Assembly (NCBI GenBank): GCA_965285935.1
Contig: OZ260662.1
Coordinates: 87,606,001 to 87,670,000 of the forward strand
DNA length: 64,000 nucleotides
Reading direction: 5' to 3'
DNA from: Ophelia neglecta
Taxonomy: Eukaryota
Of the stretch, positions 13,591 through 28,300 are shown piece by piece; the first letter of the stretch is position 1, and every line of letters begins with the position of its first letter. The translations under genes were made by a program, and so were the position numbers. Below the pieces are notes generated by a model that ran no database searches, was not told where the DNA came from, and saw nothing but the letters and a program-made list of their open reading frames with translations.

Positions 13591-16500
13591 AAATGCCTCA
13601 ATTATGTTACACAATTTCTTTAGTGAATGTCTATACCTGGCCAGAATTGTGACATTGTCTGAATACCCGTAAATTCAGAGTTCTGTGCCATATATAGCGC
13701 ACCAATATGCAGGTGCTGAAAACTCCGAGATCATTTCGTCAAAGTAATAATCAAAGAGTAACATTGAAAGGCGTTAACCTTTTTGAAAGCCGAGCATGAC
13801 CAGAAACCAATCTCTGACGGAACCACTAATCTTCCCTGCTCTTTCAGGGTGACCATACCACGAGAAAACGAATATCTTAAATTTCCCTCGAATGACCTAC
13901 ATGGAAGAGGCCGTCTAACCGGACGGAGTTGAAGGCTTTTCGGGTAGTCTAACGTGGCATAGACAGCACTTCCGGCATCTCTTTGGGTTAGTAAGCCTTC
14001 ACGCAGGAGGAAGGAAATGGCCAGACTGGAGCACTCCCTGCCACAGTACTGTTAATAATGTTATTTTCCTTTAATGGTCTTTCTTCGAGAGATTCTTCTT
14101 TCTACCCTTGAACAGGGGTACTTCTATTCCCCGAAGGAAGTTTTTTCGGGAATTTTTCTGGTCTGGGGATCTCATTAAACAGTTCAATTGTGGCTATAAT
14201 AAGTGCCTGTCCACCAAATTTGAAATGTTCAGGCTATAGACCATCACATCCTCCAACCTTCCATTTCTTAGTGTTATTCGACACACTTAGGTGATTTTTA
14301 TTTTTATTTTTTTGGGAGTTGGAATCCCGCTCAAATTTTTTAACATACGCCTCCACTCTGATTTAAATACATCTGAACTGAGAGTTCTGTAGCTGAGTGT
14401 CAAGATTGTTCAAATTCTTAGCCATTCACCTTTAATTTCAGAACGTACCATGGAGCCATCTTCCTTTGCTATTGTGTGTCCAAGTGGCCCTGGTTCAGTC
14501 TTTCTGATTTTTAACCATCCGCCACTATATGCCTTGGTCAACTTCTTGCTTCTTAATAATTTCACCCTGCTCCCCTTCTTTTTGTGTTTTGATTTTCTGC
14601 GTTCTTTGCGATAGTCTTTTTGGCCAACCATTTTTACTGTAAGATTTGTTGTTTTTTTTTAGGGGGGGGGGGAGGGGGGTGACATTCCGTTATTGCTTTA
14701 GGTAGGACTTTACCACGGAACGAGTTATTGTCTCTTCTCATGTTTGCTTCATTGGGTTAAGCAGTTCAGTCCGTGTATTACCCTATGCAGTCCGGAGTCC
14801 ACTCTGGTTTTGAGACCCAGACTGCCTCGTCCGGCCGCATACCAATGTTTTGAGATATCAAGGAAGCATGGGCGTTTATTATTGTGCCTTTGCAAGCGCT
14901 TTTTACCACTGTAGTTGGTTCCCTTTGTCTTGATTAATGTGCACTATTTTTGTAGCTGCTCTTGGAGGACACGTATGATGATCGTATTCATGGGATTAGC
15001 GACTTGCAGTAACAGATACTGTGAATGTAAAGAGCCATTAAAGCCTGCGCAGGGATATCTGGGTCCTGTGCCCAGGCTACCAGTGTCCACCACACGTACG
15101 CCATGGAATCTGCAAACTTGATAAACTTCTGAGCATTGGCAGTAGTCTTATCCCAACATCGCGCACCAAACTCCTTGCCGAAATGTGCGTTAAAATCACC
15201 AAGTATAAGTACTGGACCCTGTTCATGCAAGTTGCATACAATTCCACATAGATAATTAATAACTGATTCGTATAAGCCACCGTGGCTTATCATCGTGGCT
15301 GATCATCGTTCAAGCGTGCACTACAACTGAGTACACACGACAACCGACTTTCCAATTCACCCAATGAATATATAACCGACAATTATATAGATAATGCTCA
15401 CTTACACCAACAATGTCATATTGACTAAAAAGCTCCTGAACACTATGATGAAGATGCAGTCAAGTCCAGGAGCAAACTTTATGAGTTTTGTGACACTATG
15501 TATTGATTGTGGTAGCCATACTGTCCATTTTCATTATTATACCCGTTACACAGGGTGTACCTATAATTACTCTCGTTTGGTGCCAGGATTCCTGGCTATG
15601 TCTTGCTGGTAATAGTTTCTTGAGCCACCATCAACATACTTCCACCTGATCACCCCTTTCTGCACGACATACCCGCTGGCCTTGATTCGTCTCAAATGGC
15701 GGTAAAGATTTGTGCGTTGGGGAGGTTAATTTTACAGCCCACAGAGAAGTCATTCATTCTGCTCCTAACTACATGGCTTAAATGAACAGTTAGTCCCAAG
15801 GATTTTGCGTGGATACGGAAGACTTTCGGGAATTTCCCGTCGGTTTTAAATCGATGTTCAACGTTTACAGTTTTAAGATGACAGATGCTCCCTTGAGCCC
15901 TCTCGTGTCCCTGGTACCGAGCGAGTTTCTGGTAGTCCATGTTGGCTGGTGGTTTGGTGACTGCCTTCCATTTAGGTTATCTCGGTATGTTCTTCTGGTT
16001 TTACTTCCACTCGTACCAGGACATCCTGTTGTCGTCTGCGATCCTTACGGGACTGTACCCTCTTCCAACTGTCCCTCTTTCTCCAGTTTTCTGCAACTTC
16101 AGGCCGCAGGGCAAGTCAGGCCATCCTAATGTATCAGTTTAGTCCTATCCCAATGCGTGTTGGTTTGCTTTTGGCCAGGCTGTTTTTTTTAGGGGGCTGT
16201 ATAGGGATATTGCGGCCAGGCTGTTTTTTGAGGGGGCTGAACAGGAATATTGCTGGCCGTGAGTGACCCTTTTACAAGAGTACCAAAGCCAGGATTCCGT
16301 TCAGTTAATTTCACCGCTCCAGTATTAACTGACTGTGTGACCCTTGTGTTATTTTCAACTTTGTCATTGGCTCTAATTTGGCTCCTTGTAACTTAAATTC
16401 CATCCACAAGGCTGGCTATTTAACATCTTCGAGCAAGAGTTTCCATTTTCCTCCTCTGGTGCTTTTATGCGTTGTCTTGTGACAGTATTTCCTTCGGTCA

Positions 16501-16620
16501 TTTTTTATCTGATTGTCATGATTCGTCCGGATGCTTTCTATTAAGTTGTTTTCTTCTTCTTCTAGTTCTTTTATTTTTATGTTTGTGATGTGTAGGCAGC
16601 TCAACTGAGTGTGGAAGTGT
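13590..16620 (-). mobile_element. Decayed non-LTR retrotransposon (CR1/L2 group) with ORF1-like, endonuclease and RT remnants, 3'-truncated
   Basis: ORF1-like VGCKINLP...RPAGMSCRK (~15650-15900). EN: GPVLILGDFNAH (ORF 14988-15293). RT: GGCDGL*PEHFKFGG, IEVPLFKGRKK...ITLL, KAFNSVRLDGLF, DWFLVMLGFQKG, and YSDN (YADD-like) near 13660. The 5' boundary is approximate. Confidence 0.8.
16173..16258 (+). repeat. Two-copy ~41-bp tandem repeat
   Basis: ggccaggctgttttttt.agggggctg.a.agg.atattgc occurs twice. Confidence 0.7.
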
Positions 16621-18084
16621 TTTTTATGTGTATGCTGTATGAAAGCAGAATTCAAATGTAAAGACATTGAAATTCTTATATCTTCTATTTACAGTAAATT
16701 TATTTGGGTTACCTGAATAAAACTATATAAAACCAAATAAAAACAGTCATATAGGGACTTTTTGATATCCCTGATTAGATTTAACTCAATGAACTGGATT
16801 GTTTTTTATTTATATGAAATACTGATTAATATTTGACCATTTCCCAAATTATCACATACAAATTCTCTGGATATTGTTTAAGGTTACGGACAGGACAGAT
16901 TAACACATTATTGCAAAATCCCATGCCTAAAATTTTTATTCAATGATGTCATTGTATGAAGTTGTAGCTTGGATACTAAATAGAAATTTCAAACAGCTCT
17001 TTTTATTTGTTATTTCTATTTGATTTTAAGATAAAACAGTTAATTTATTAGGTAATTATAATATAGCGATAGAAGTAGGAACAATATAAACATTATAATA
17101 AATGAATGTGAAATATGATTGAGGGATAAATCCGTTGTTTATTTACTGCTTGATTGTGTTTTTCCATTATGAAAGAAAGAAACAGACAAAATTGTCCAGA
17201 AAATGTCCTTATGATAGGCATAATCTTAAAAATGTGCATTCATATTGACTGAAAGTATCCAAGTAGATGTAGGCAGCTAGTTAGAATGAAAAGAGTACCA
17301 CAATAAAACAGGTTAATTCAGCTGACCAATAACGAATTTTCTAAATAACTTGTTATTACGATAACACCTGATTGTAAACTAGTCTCCAGGTTCCGGTAGG
17401 AGCGACGAGGAAAATCAGCGTATGTATTCCTGAATTATCACTTGAAAAATACACAAGAAACAATCTAGGCCTATATATTTGACTTAATTGCATTATTCAA
17501 AGCTCAGTTTTCAAAATGCCCATGAGTATGGTAACAATACACCAGACTGTTCTCAAATATTAACAATTCATTTCCTCAAATTTCTTTAAAAACGTGCACT
17601 CTGACGTACTTCTAGTCAAGATGCTAGGCACCCGTGTAAACTCTTGTCAGCTATATCGATATATCGATTTAAAATATCGATTACTTGGAATCGGACTTTG
17701 GGTTAAAAGATCTACTTCTTTCGTCAATACTAACCTGACCACAAAATGGTCTCTGTTAGTTGAGATATCGGATACTGCTTTTTTTCTCTTAAATGCCTTA
17801 ATTCCAGATATGTGAGACAAATAAATCCTAGTTCTTCAGTTAATTTCATTAAGAAAGATTTTCTGACTGAGTTGATGTTTAAAAGAAAGCAATTTTCAAT
17901 TTTCTAGATTTTTTATTGGGCCGTCAGACTCAACAAGAACTTACCTACTGAAATACCCCAGGTATTCTTTTAAGGTTTTATATGATAATTATGGTAATAA
18001 TCCCACTAAAATCGACCCATTTATTACAAAGTGAGATATAGAAGGTTCTTTGCCAAATCAGTTATTAAAGGTGTAATTGTTTTT

Positions 18085-18295
18085 TAAGTACCCACAGTGA
18101 AAGGACCCCCGCACTACATTTACTAACCCTAACCCAAACCTGGGAGTCCCCCAGTCTTGAAACCCTAGTATTTTTAGTCCTTTGGTCTAGAAATTCTAGT
18201 TAATTTGGGATCCTGTGGTCCCAAAATACTGGTATATGTCGTCCCGGGGGGTCTTCAATCTAGAATACTTCACAGCCAGGGGACCAAATAAGCTT
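18085..18295 (+). repeat. Dispersed repeat family, copy B
   Basis: actaaccctaacccaaacctgggagtccccc...ggtcccaaaatactggtata...cacagccaggggaccaaata; homologous to copies A and C. Confidence 0.6.
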
Positions 18296-21200
18296 TTACA
18301 TCTGAAAGTCTACAGACCTACTAGCCCGTTCTGACCTATTTTTTCTTGGCAATGCACGAAGTGTAAAGTGTTACAAAAGTTGAATACGTTTAACAATTTA
18401 AAGAACAATTTGCATCCATCGATCAACTTGAAAGACATAACAATTATGATGGATGGCGGTCGATTACAACTGGATTGATTTCCGGGGCGGCCAGTTATTG
18501 GACTTGAGTTTCATTTCCTGAGCCGGGGCAGAACTTCTCTGGACGGTCCAACCTACGTAATGCACTTATATCTAGGTCAGAGGACTCAAATTTGCAGGCC
18601 AATCAATTCCCCATCTCTAATGTCCCAGTGAAGATTATTGAGTGATCCATCACGATATTGAGCTGAATGCTTGAGAGGTTTCCAACATTTAGCTTCCCGC
18701 CATAAACGATTATTGCCTCTCCCTTTCGGCTTGATGCCTTCTCCCACTCACTGCCTCAACATGTAAATGCCAACTGCGGCGTTCACAGATATTGAATTTC
18801 TATGGAAACTGCCTAGAAACGGTAACTGAAGATAATTGATGTATTTCACCCAACACTTGTAATTTTGTTTAGCGATAAAAAAACGATATTTGGATAAAAG
18901 CAGTCAAATAAGCGTCGTATTGAGTGCTTTCTTCCTTTTAACCTAAGAAAACTATGATTGCCCAAAACGGCATTTCCAGACCGAAACCTGCCATTACTAG
19001 CTGTATGTGTAAATGGTTTGAAATGATGCAAAAAAATAAAATGAGCAACAAATCAGCCAACAATAAAAAAGTGTTTGCACGAGATATATTATACTTGGGC
19101 CCAGGCTTGGGCCAGCGTAAAATTTATTTCTTTATTTACAAATGTGTTAGCGCCAATGCTTCGGGTGCATAAAGAAAAAGCAGCGGAACTAGTGGAAGGA
19201 CATAAACGGGTCGAGTGGAAATAGTCTGAATGCCAAAATATCGAGTTTTTAATAAAACACCCAAATATCTTATGTTCTAAGATTCTGATTGCGACAGCCT
19301 AATGCCAAGATGGAAATTGTGTGCATAATTGTTTAAGTTTAGTTTAATAGTTTACTCATGTGAATGAGAGCATTTACATACAATACTTATAATCAAATAA
19401 ACAGTCGTACATGTAATAAATATATACATGTACCAGGAAGTAATAGATTAGTAACCAAGACTATCACTGCTGGGTACTTTTGTAACCCACCCTACAAATG
19501 GCTCTGGCGAACTAATGTCGAGTTTTCTGTCAGGCAGGTTAATTATAACATAATCGCGGTCCATGTATTTAACTAACAAGGGTGGATTTTAATTCAAAAA
19601 TAAAAAGTATTAAAAAGTTACCTGCAGGCAAGCAAAGTCAGCCTCCTCGGGGTCTAGCCGTAACTAAATAAGCCCTTGTCAATACTCTCCTATGAAAGGC
19701 ACGATATCTCATGGCAAATATTTGGGGTCAAATGTAATAAAAGGTCACTACGTTCAAAGTAAACATTCAACCATCTGTCGTCTGGCTAAGATAATATTTG
19801 ATCTATTGGCACGTCACCGACACTCAAAATAGGACTGTTTTTCAATGAAAGATAGATGAGCATAAATTGCGGATGATTCCAACTAACGATATAACGATAG
19901 GGGGAAGAGGGCGTCATAGGTGACGAATTTTAATTATCTCCAACTTTCCAGTGAGTGTATCAATAATTAATAAGTACACAAATTACACCAATTGAACGAA
20001 CCCGTCAATTGCTACTGTTGGCTTTCCAATGTTCTTTTAATGGGCAAATTAGTGAAAGTAGAATAAATTGGTGTTTAATCGCAAAGTAAGAATGAGCGGC
20101 TGTCAGATATTTTGTTCGACCAGAAGAAGGAAATTACTAATGAACAAATTTCTTAAGCACCCTGCCCACAGCGGAATAGTTAAATTTGGTCGTTATTGGC
20201 ACTGTGGGCTGGGTGATTCCTAAGCTTTTTAACAAAACACCACTACAATTAGATCCCATAAATCAAATAAGCCTATTCCATTAATATATATACTCTCCCA
20301 ACTGCCTCTTTCGATCCAGCAATGAAACTCTTTGGAGACTTCACGTGAGAGCATGTTCTGAGATTGATTGTGTGCAATGTTCACCTGCGAGGTAGATAGA
20401 TCGACTTCAGATTAGCTCTGTCCTCGCTATGTTGCCTATCCATCTAAGTATTTTTCGAATTTGTCAGGGACATGACCGGTAATATTCTCTCGAATGTTTT
20501 TGTGTGTGAGGCAGCAGCTGATAGTGTGCTGTTTTTCTTATAATTAGGGCCTACCTTTTTATCGTTTTGTTTGAAATAGTAAGTTGCGCTGATCTTATAG
20601 GTGGCGATGATCATTTATATTAATCGAGCGCAGAATTTGGGGAGATGGAAAACTATTTCCTCCAGGAATTTCACACAAAAATTATTATCTTAATACACTC
20701 GTATTCATTGGTTCACACATCTATTTTCAGCTCAGAAATTACAAACATTGTGTCAGTTCTCTGGTACCGAAACAGCTGACATACCTGTTTAACATATCAC
20801 ATTGCCGCTTGGGTTTCTCATCGTGCAGGTTATATGGTGAAACTTTCTGTTGAACGTGAATGGACTTATTCACTCTCTTTGATGCCGGGTATATTGTGGG
20901 CAAACTCTTATAAATTTATTTTTAGTTGCATTGGGTTAGGTCTAATGCATTGGTTGGCTTAAGGCCTATGCAAATAACTCTGATCTCGGGACGTTGTAGC
21001 CTTTCGATGCCTAACAACTTAAACTTCACAAAAGCGCGTTTATTTTCGAGTAAACTGGATACCTCTACGCCTAAAATATACGAGTTCACGCTGCACGGAA
21101 TGCAGAGGAGTATGGAGTTATGATGCTATAATTGCGAAACCTTCAATGTTAATTGGTGCCCAATGACTGAAGGAAATATAATATCATATTCTGGAAGGTT

Positions 21201-22107
21201 TCCTGTCTTTTCTTTGTATTTTTGCTCAAAAAGCTCTTGGAAGTTATCTCCAGAGAATAAATAAAGGTATCAAATCGTTTTTTGTAGATAACTCAGCAGC
21301 ATATCGCGTTTATTGGGACACCGTAGACGCCATTTGCCTGTAGCATCATAATAACCTGGTATTCACTAATTGTGAATAAAAGATTCTGGACAGTATGGTG
21401 CCCTGCGGCTGGCGAGGTACCTACCCCCGCTAGTGTCAATCACTGTCGAATGCTGGTATTTCGAAGTTGAGTTGCAATCTGAAGACTTTAGTGGTAATTT
21501 GGCCAGCCCCCCCCCCCCCCCCCCCTATCATTAAGCCAAATGTCAGAGATGTAGGCAAAGCAGTCATTCCTATAAATTTGAAGGCAGATGGCTTATTCTG
21601 CAAAGTTTGAGATCAATTGATTTATGACTGACAGGAGGGAAATGGTAATGAAAAGAAATTTAAGAGGGCTGCCAACAGTACTAAGCAATAGATATAATTC
21701 ATAAAGATGTTTTAGCGAACCGCTTTAATTGTGTTTATCTCACACTCATGAATGTTTATGGCGCAAAAGTCAACGAATTATAGTCTATATAAATGTGAAT
21801 ATATTTCTTGATTATAAGGCCATTGCACACAGCGTTATCACTAGGCAGTCTGGACATTTTATGTTGAAATCAACAATTTTTTCATGCAGGATCGTTATAT
21901 AATTTCTCTTCTCGCAGCCTGCTTTCTTATTTTTAACTGCTGCTATTTTATTAACTGGGTTAATAAGTGTCTGATGCCTATTAACAAGTACATATTGCAT
22001 TAGAAATTTTATTTGGTTGGAGTCTAATTATAGAGTTACAGCGGTTCTGATTCTTCGATCGTCCCACAGAACCCTCCTTTCTGAAGTTGTGGAGAAAAGT
22101 ATTAGGA

Positions 22108-22360
22108 TTCACTGCTCAGAAGTTTCGACCCGACTGCTTTTAAAAACCCTAACCCAAACTGGAATTCCCCCGATCGTGAAACACTTGTATTATTTTAAGT
22201 ACACACGTCTAGAAATTGTAGAACACTAACATTGTCTTGAAGCCCTGGTTTAGTATCTCCACTGGTTTCAAATTCTGATGTATTTCGTGTTCCGGTTCAG
22301 TTTGCCTTATTTGGTTTTGAGTCCAAGGAACTTTACAGGCAGGGGACCCAAATACTTGTA
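22108..22360 (+). repeat. Dispersed repeat family, copy C
   Basis: aaccctaacccaaactggaattccccc...tgaaacac...tacaggcaggggacccaaatac; homologous to copy B. Confidence 0.55.
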
Positions 22361-25300
22361 TCCACCTGTGTCAACTAGTAGAATATTTGTCGGTTTAACA
22401 CGACCTGAAATGATATGATTTAATACGATATTCCCTTCGCTGCATCAACATTGATACCTGGTATAAAGACAAATTGGATTCAATTGCGAAAAGAAAGGAA
22501 CGTCTTCACCGTTCTAATGAGATATAAATTACGGTTGCCGTGAATATGATCAAGATAATGGCAGGGTTATATTCATAAAATAAACTGTATATTTATCAAA
22601 AGTCTATGGCAGTGAGTTCAATACGAAGGGCAAAGGAATCACCTCATATTCGCCAAACGATGCATAAGATAAACATCCTTGGTCTGGTAACTATATGGTT
22701 AAGTCGGCTCATGACCTCTTTATGAAAGGGGGAGTGAACACCCGGCAGACAATGTAATCTTATATACGAGGAAGTGTCCATTTCATCAGGAAACCTCTAC
22801 TACTCCCGCATACCCACAAACATCAATCCCCAAACCCCAATTGTATATAAGCTTATTCCCACATATATATATGTATATATTATATATTAAATATATACAC
22901 AATACGTGATCTCACCTGCAGTGAGAAATTGTCAACAGTATGTTTTCCAATTTGTAAGTCCAGGCACGCAAAAAACGAGTCAGGGTTCAGGGTAGGCTAG
23001 AGTGACAATAACCAAGGAAATGTGCAGAAGCAGTAAATAGTCGCAAAGTTTGAAGGTCAACCGCAGGAATTATTCGGTAGGGTAGCGCTCAACCGCGAAC
23101 ATTTATGGTGCCAAATTCCATAATCGCGAAATTTTCGCGCATGTAGCAAACATATTCTTGTTTATAGTATCATGTCAAGTGACAATATTCAGGTAATGGA
23201 TGGGACGAATGCTTTTATTACCTTGAATACCAAATGAGCACATCGGCCCAGATACAAAGAAAAATATTAAGAAATATCAACTTACCTCGAACTCCTAAGT
23301 GGACACGTGAATACGAGAACAAGCTACGAGATCAAGCTAATATAATTTGGTGAGAAGAGATTCTGGTGGTAAAGGTATAGTATTGCAACTTGCCCTTCAG
23401 AATTTGCATTCTCCAAAAAAATGCAAGTTCCGTTTTTAATTCTCCTCTTAAGCATACATCAGCATCTATTGGAATCGAATTTTGTTCAATGATTTTCTTC
23501 TCCCTTAATAAGATCACGACGAAATGTCACACAACCTGATAGCCGCTTTCGTTTCCCTCCGAGGCGGGAACATGAGCTATGAGCGACAAATATTGGACAG
23601 CCCGTTAAAAATTGCCATTAGAGATTGGCATTCCATTTTCTCTACATACACCTCACTGTCGATCAGGTTATCCAGAATTCCTCCACAGGAGCCACCGTGA
23701 AACAACAGGTAAACAAATGCAGCCACTACTCAGAGATAGCTGAAAATCGGTAACACACCTAAAGTTTCATATTTGCCAATACATTTCTAGACGACATATT
23801 CAATTTCAAGACATTCGCAGAGAACATTCGTCGATAGGGTACGGACCGAAATAACTGGGGAGCACTAAGAAAATAGAAAAACCGAGAGCAGGCAGTACGT
23901 GTCCATACAATAATTGTGGGACGCTTACAACAAAGGGCTTAACTGGTCAATTTTTCATCGATCTTCTATAGTATGACTGGCATGTAGGGAAATTCGTAAT
24001 CCGGCCGAATGCCAGAAGAACCCGTACACTCATGAAGCAAATTTGTGTTATTGTCGACACATGTGCCTTGCCATCCATTAAACACTGACTGCCCTTCACC
24101 CTGGTAACTCGGCATGTCAGAACACATGGTATAGGGTAGAAAACCATTATGTTCGGTGAATTACGCCGAGGATGAATTTATCGCTTGAGGAAATATATAC
24201 GGAGATTCTCTGTTTATAATTTGTACGGGCGTGCCGGCCCCATTGCTGTGCCTCGAATGAAAAAAAAATTCAATATGCACAGGAAGCTGGGATTTGATAA
24301 ATGTTTCAGTGCAATAACCACTCCATTTAGCCGCTTCCTTTGGTTCCTCCCGAGAGCCAAAGATCCTAATTACCTGAGCAACTACTGTGATGGGGTTAAT
24401 GTTCGCCAGAACTTTATTTTGCGTATTTGGAACCCCTCATTCAAAACACGAAATTAATGTGCCATGAAATAATGTACTGTAAATGGCTTCTGGTTACAAC
24501 CCTGGTTTCAGGACTAAGCATGTCAAAATCTCGGAATTCAATTTTCGAGAAACATTTTATCTTCATAAGATCGCAAAGTATCTGCCACAAGAACATAAGT
24601 CCCATTATAGTATTGTATCGTCACTTGAACCAATTTTCATCAGTTTAAAAACCTTTCAACTTATCAGTAATAGAAGAAAAACCTAGGGTGATTTTTGTAA
24701 TCAAAGGAGTTGTTTTCGTAAAACTTCAATCAATATGAAAGTGAACTAGCTTATTATCGACGAACATACGTCAATCCGTAGGGAATTCGTGCATCACATT
24801 TTAAGTATACATGATCCGAGCTCTTAGAATATCCGTACAATCACTCAGTATACTGTAAATTGGTGAAGGTAAGTCCGCTGAAAGCCGCAGTGACATTGGA
24901 GGAAGGTGAGACAGTCACTTACCTCTATGCTACATACACCAAATAGAATGGTTTGTATTCAAGATAATTATTATCACTTACTGAGAAATGCCCAGTAGAC
25001 TATATCTAGTATATATACAACAGTAAAGATAGCGTCAAGTAGTTGCAGCTTCAGTGCTTATGGACGTCGGGGGCATTAAGCCATAAGACCCCAACACGTA
25101 TAGGTTTCGCGCGAGGGTTAATTTATTTATCGTTCTACACCTGGTGTGCTATCTTATACAACATTATAACGCGTCCTACCGAAATGATGCTAGCAAACGC
25201 CACCCACTGTCAAGTACAGTGTATGCCTTGTATAGCACTTAATTTCGAACCGTTTGTTTCTCGGTTCACGTTGTTTAATCTGATACAAGTATTCATATTC

Positions 25301-28300
25301 AATTGTACCATTGTCTGTTATAGGCCACTCAATAAGTCGAAATAACCAAGAAGGTAGGCAATATTGAGTGTTTGGTTTTGATAGATACAAGTAAAAGTTA
25401 GGTTTTCGTTATCAATATCACACCAATGGCAGGTGTATGTGTTGTATTAATTAATAGCCCTTCACCGATGGTACGCGGCCTCACTTATTCAACATGCCAT
25501 TAGTTTCCTCGCCAACTCGGGCACTTATGGCAGCCCAGGTTTGTGATCGTTGATGGTTGGCCATCAGTAGGCCTACAGCGCATGCACGCCACAAAGTCCT
25601 GTTCTTGTTACATGGGTTTTACTGCGACTGAATATAACAGAATCTGTGGCGAATTTGGAAAATTCTAACAAACCTGCTGTCAGTTTTTTTTATTAAAGGC
25701 TTCCACAATTGTATAAGCTACCAAAATAACAATCTCCTCGGAGGGGAAATTAATGTGTATGAACAAATAAATGCACCAAATATATAGAAGTTTTACCAAA
25801 GATTATCTATATTGTTTGCTCGCGGAACTGTTAAGCAGATTGACAATATTGGCTACGTGGAGCGAGTGACTGCAAAGAGAAAGTTAGGCGCTGGTAGCTG
25901 GAAGTAGCCCATTGAGAACGTAATGAAAGACTGCTGAGAATCTGATGACGTTTTATCATGTCTTGTTGAAAAGAGTAATGAGGCCGATATTCCGGTCACG
26001 AAGCAACAGAGCTGGTCCTAACCTGATTTATAGTTTGTACCTTTATTATCTGTCTTAACCGGATTTTAGAAAATTGGATCTTATCGAGGGTTTGCACTGG
26101 TTCTCCATTATATCAAAATCCGTTTTTGTTTTTTCTTCATATTCTGCTAGATGTTCATTTCTTCAACTTTTGTGCCAAGACACTACGAAGCAAATTAATC
26201 TTTGTGTATAGCTCAACTGTAAATATTTGGCTTGTTAATTGGATAAGCAACGTTCAATATGATATATGCATTTGTTTAGGCTTACATGGGGCGAGGGAGG
26301 ACATTTTCCCCTATTCGAATAAAAGCGATTATGAGAGAAAATGTAGTTTGTCATGACCATATTTTTATCTTTCGACCTTAGGCTCTTAAACTCATTTTAT
26401 GACTGAAACCACATGGACACAGTAGTGTTAACGGGCATTTATATGCTATAACATCCAATTTATGAAAAATCCGTGTATATCTTATCGACCTACATATCTT
26501 CAAATGGTTCGCCTTGGTCATTGCAATTGCGAAAAATAATGTATATTGTGATATTTCGCTTTTTTATTTCTCCATGTTTATAATATTCACAATATGTAAT
26601 ATTTTGCATTGTGACAATAATTATGGGCTTTCATGGAGCCCTGTGCTATGGAGCTGTGTTGGCGCGAAGATGGACTATATACGTTACCTGAATACTCCAC
26701 ACGGATGGGTAAAAGACATGGTGTCAGTTATTAACCAGCAAACCTGTCAATTACCAAAAGGAAACCCAGGAAGTCTTGACAAACCGCTAATCAATCATAG
26801 ACCCCATTAATAACAGCTCAACATGTCGTTAGCAGTGTAGGAATGGCTTATGTCTTCAGGGAAAAACATAGGCAAGACACCCAAAACAGGGTCAATTCAG
26901 CAAACTATTACAAAAGCTAGATATTCATAGAAGAAACTATAGTATGAGTCCGATAGGCCAACACATGGAATAATGGTTTGAAGAGGTGAGGTCAATAGTT
27001 TTCATGATCAAGGTTAGAGGCGGTTTCCAGGACTGGTGGCCAGACTGGGGAAGAAAGCGGTTTACGGTGTAAATACATCGATGTATATATGCGAGTTGCA
27101 AGGTGGGGAGTACCCAAACACCAACGTTGGAGCATGGAGAGCGAGACTAGATTGGAAAGCTAGCCACTTGCTCATCTAAAGGTGGGAGCTTGAATCGTAA
27201 AACTGTAAATCGGCTTGTCGAAACATTGAAAAATAAAAAAAATCTTTCGCTCTCTCTCCGGGAGGAATTTAGCTAATTTCATAATATTGCTCGGCCCAAC
27301 TATTAAATAGCCCTATTCTACATTAAAATAAATACTAATTATAATGCCAGAATCGCATATTTGTTGTGGTTGTGTATGAAATATGCACTGGCTGTAATTA
27401 GGTTCCAGGACAATCAATAATTGGTCAATCGATCACTGGTCAATCTGAAAAATCAATCAATGATGATAAATTTGCAATCCATGTCCAACACTCTGGAGAA
27501 TGAAGTCCTCAGATTCAAAACTGTTCCCCTAACACATAAAGGTGTTGGAACATGAAATATACCAACAAGCTACACAGGCTACAAAATATATCAATCAGCA
27601 GTCTAGTAGGTCGAAACCTGGCTTTTATCTGGACTGTGAATGTGGCCTGTCAAAGTGATGTAAAGTAGAAAGACTTCCTATAGGTTCACTAACATCAGAA
27701 CAGTACACGCTCATATCTCCAAGATGAACGGTATTACCCATTATTGAAATCTATTGTACCCTCAAATACAAAGGTGTGATATCTGACAGGACACGACTAG
27801 ACTGCAGATTGGTTCAAACGAAATCCAGTTATCAATGTTTGTTCAGACACATACAGCAAACTTAATTTGTTCCAAATTACATTGCTTGCCAATCATTACG
27901 CCAATCATCAGACGACGGTTTTTTGTGGTGATAAATAAGGGCACACTGTCCCTTTTTTCTTCCTTCTCACACCGAAACAGATTTTAATGTATTCCTGACA
28001 CACAAAGCATAATCCTTAATCAAGAATACTTCATTAAATCGGTCTTATATCATCAGAAACAATCAGCTTCAGACCCACAAACATCAATCCCCAGTTACAT
28101 GTCTTTGAATAAACTTGTAATGAAATTGTTAACAACAAAAATAAAAATTGATATGTATTGTAATGAGAAGTAATCAACAATATTGTCAGAAAGTTCAAGC
28201 TTTTTAATATTTTGGGCCAATTATAGTATCTGTACTTATACATACTTCAGTGTCTTTTTTGTTTTACCAATGTAAAGCGCTGCAGAAGACATTGCTGAAA

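Noticed and set aside
18123-18133. CTAACCCTAAC as a telomerase RNA template (TERC lies near LRRC34 in vertebrates)
   Set aside because: It sits inside a dispersed repeat with degenerate equivalents at ~4872 and ~22146, and I saw no pseudoknot or H/ACA features. An Infernal search with an animal telomerase RNA model would settle it.
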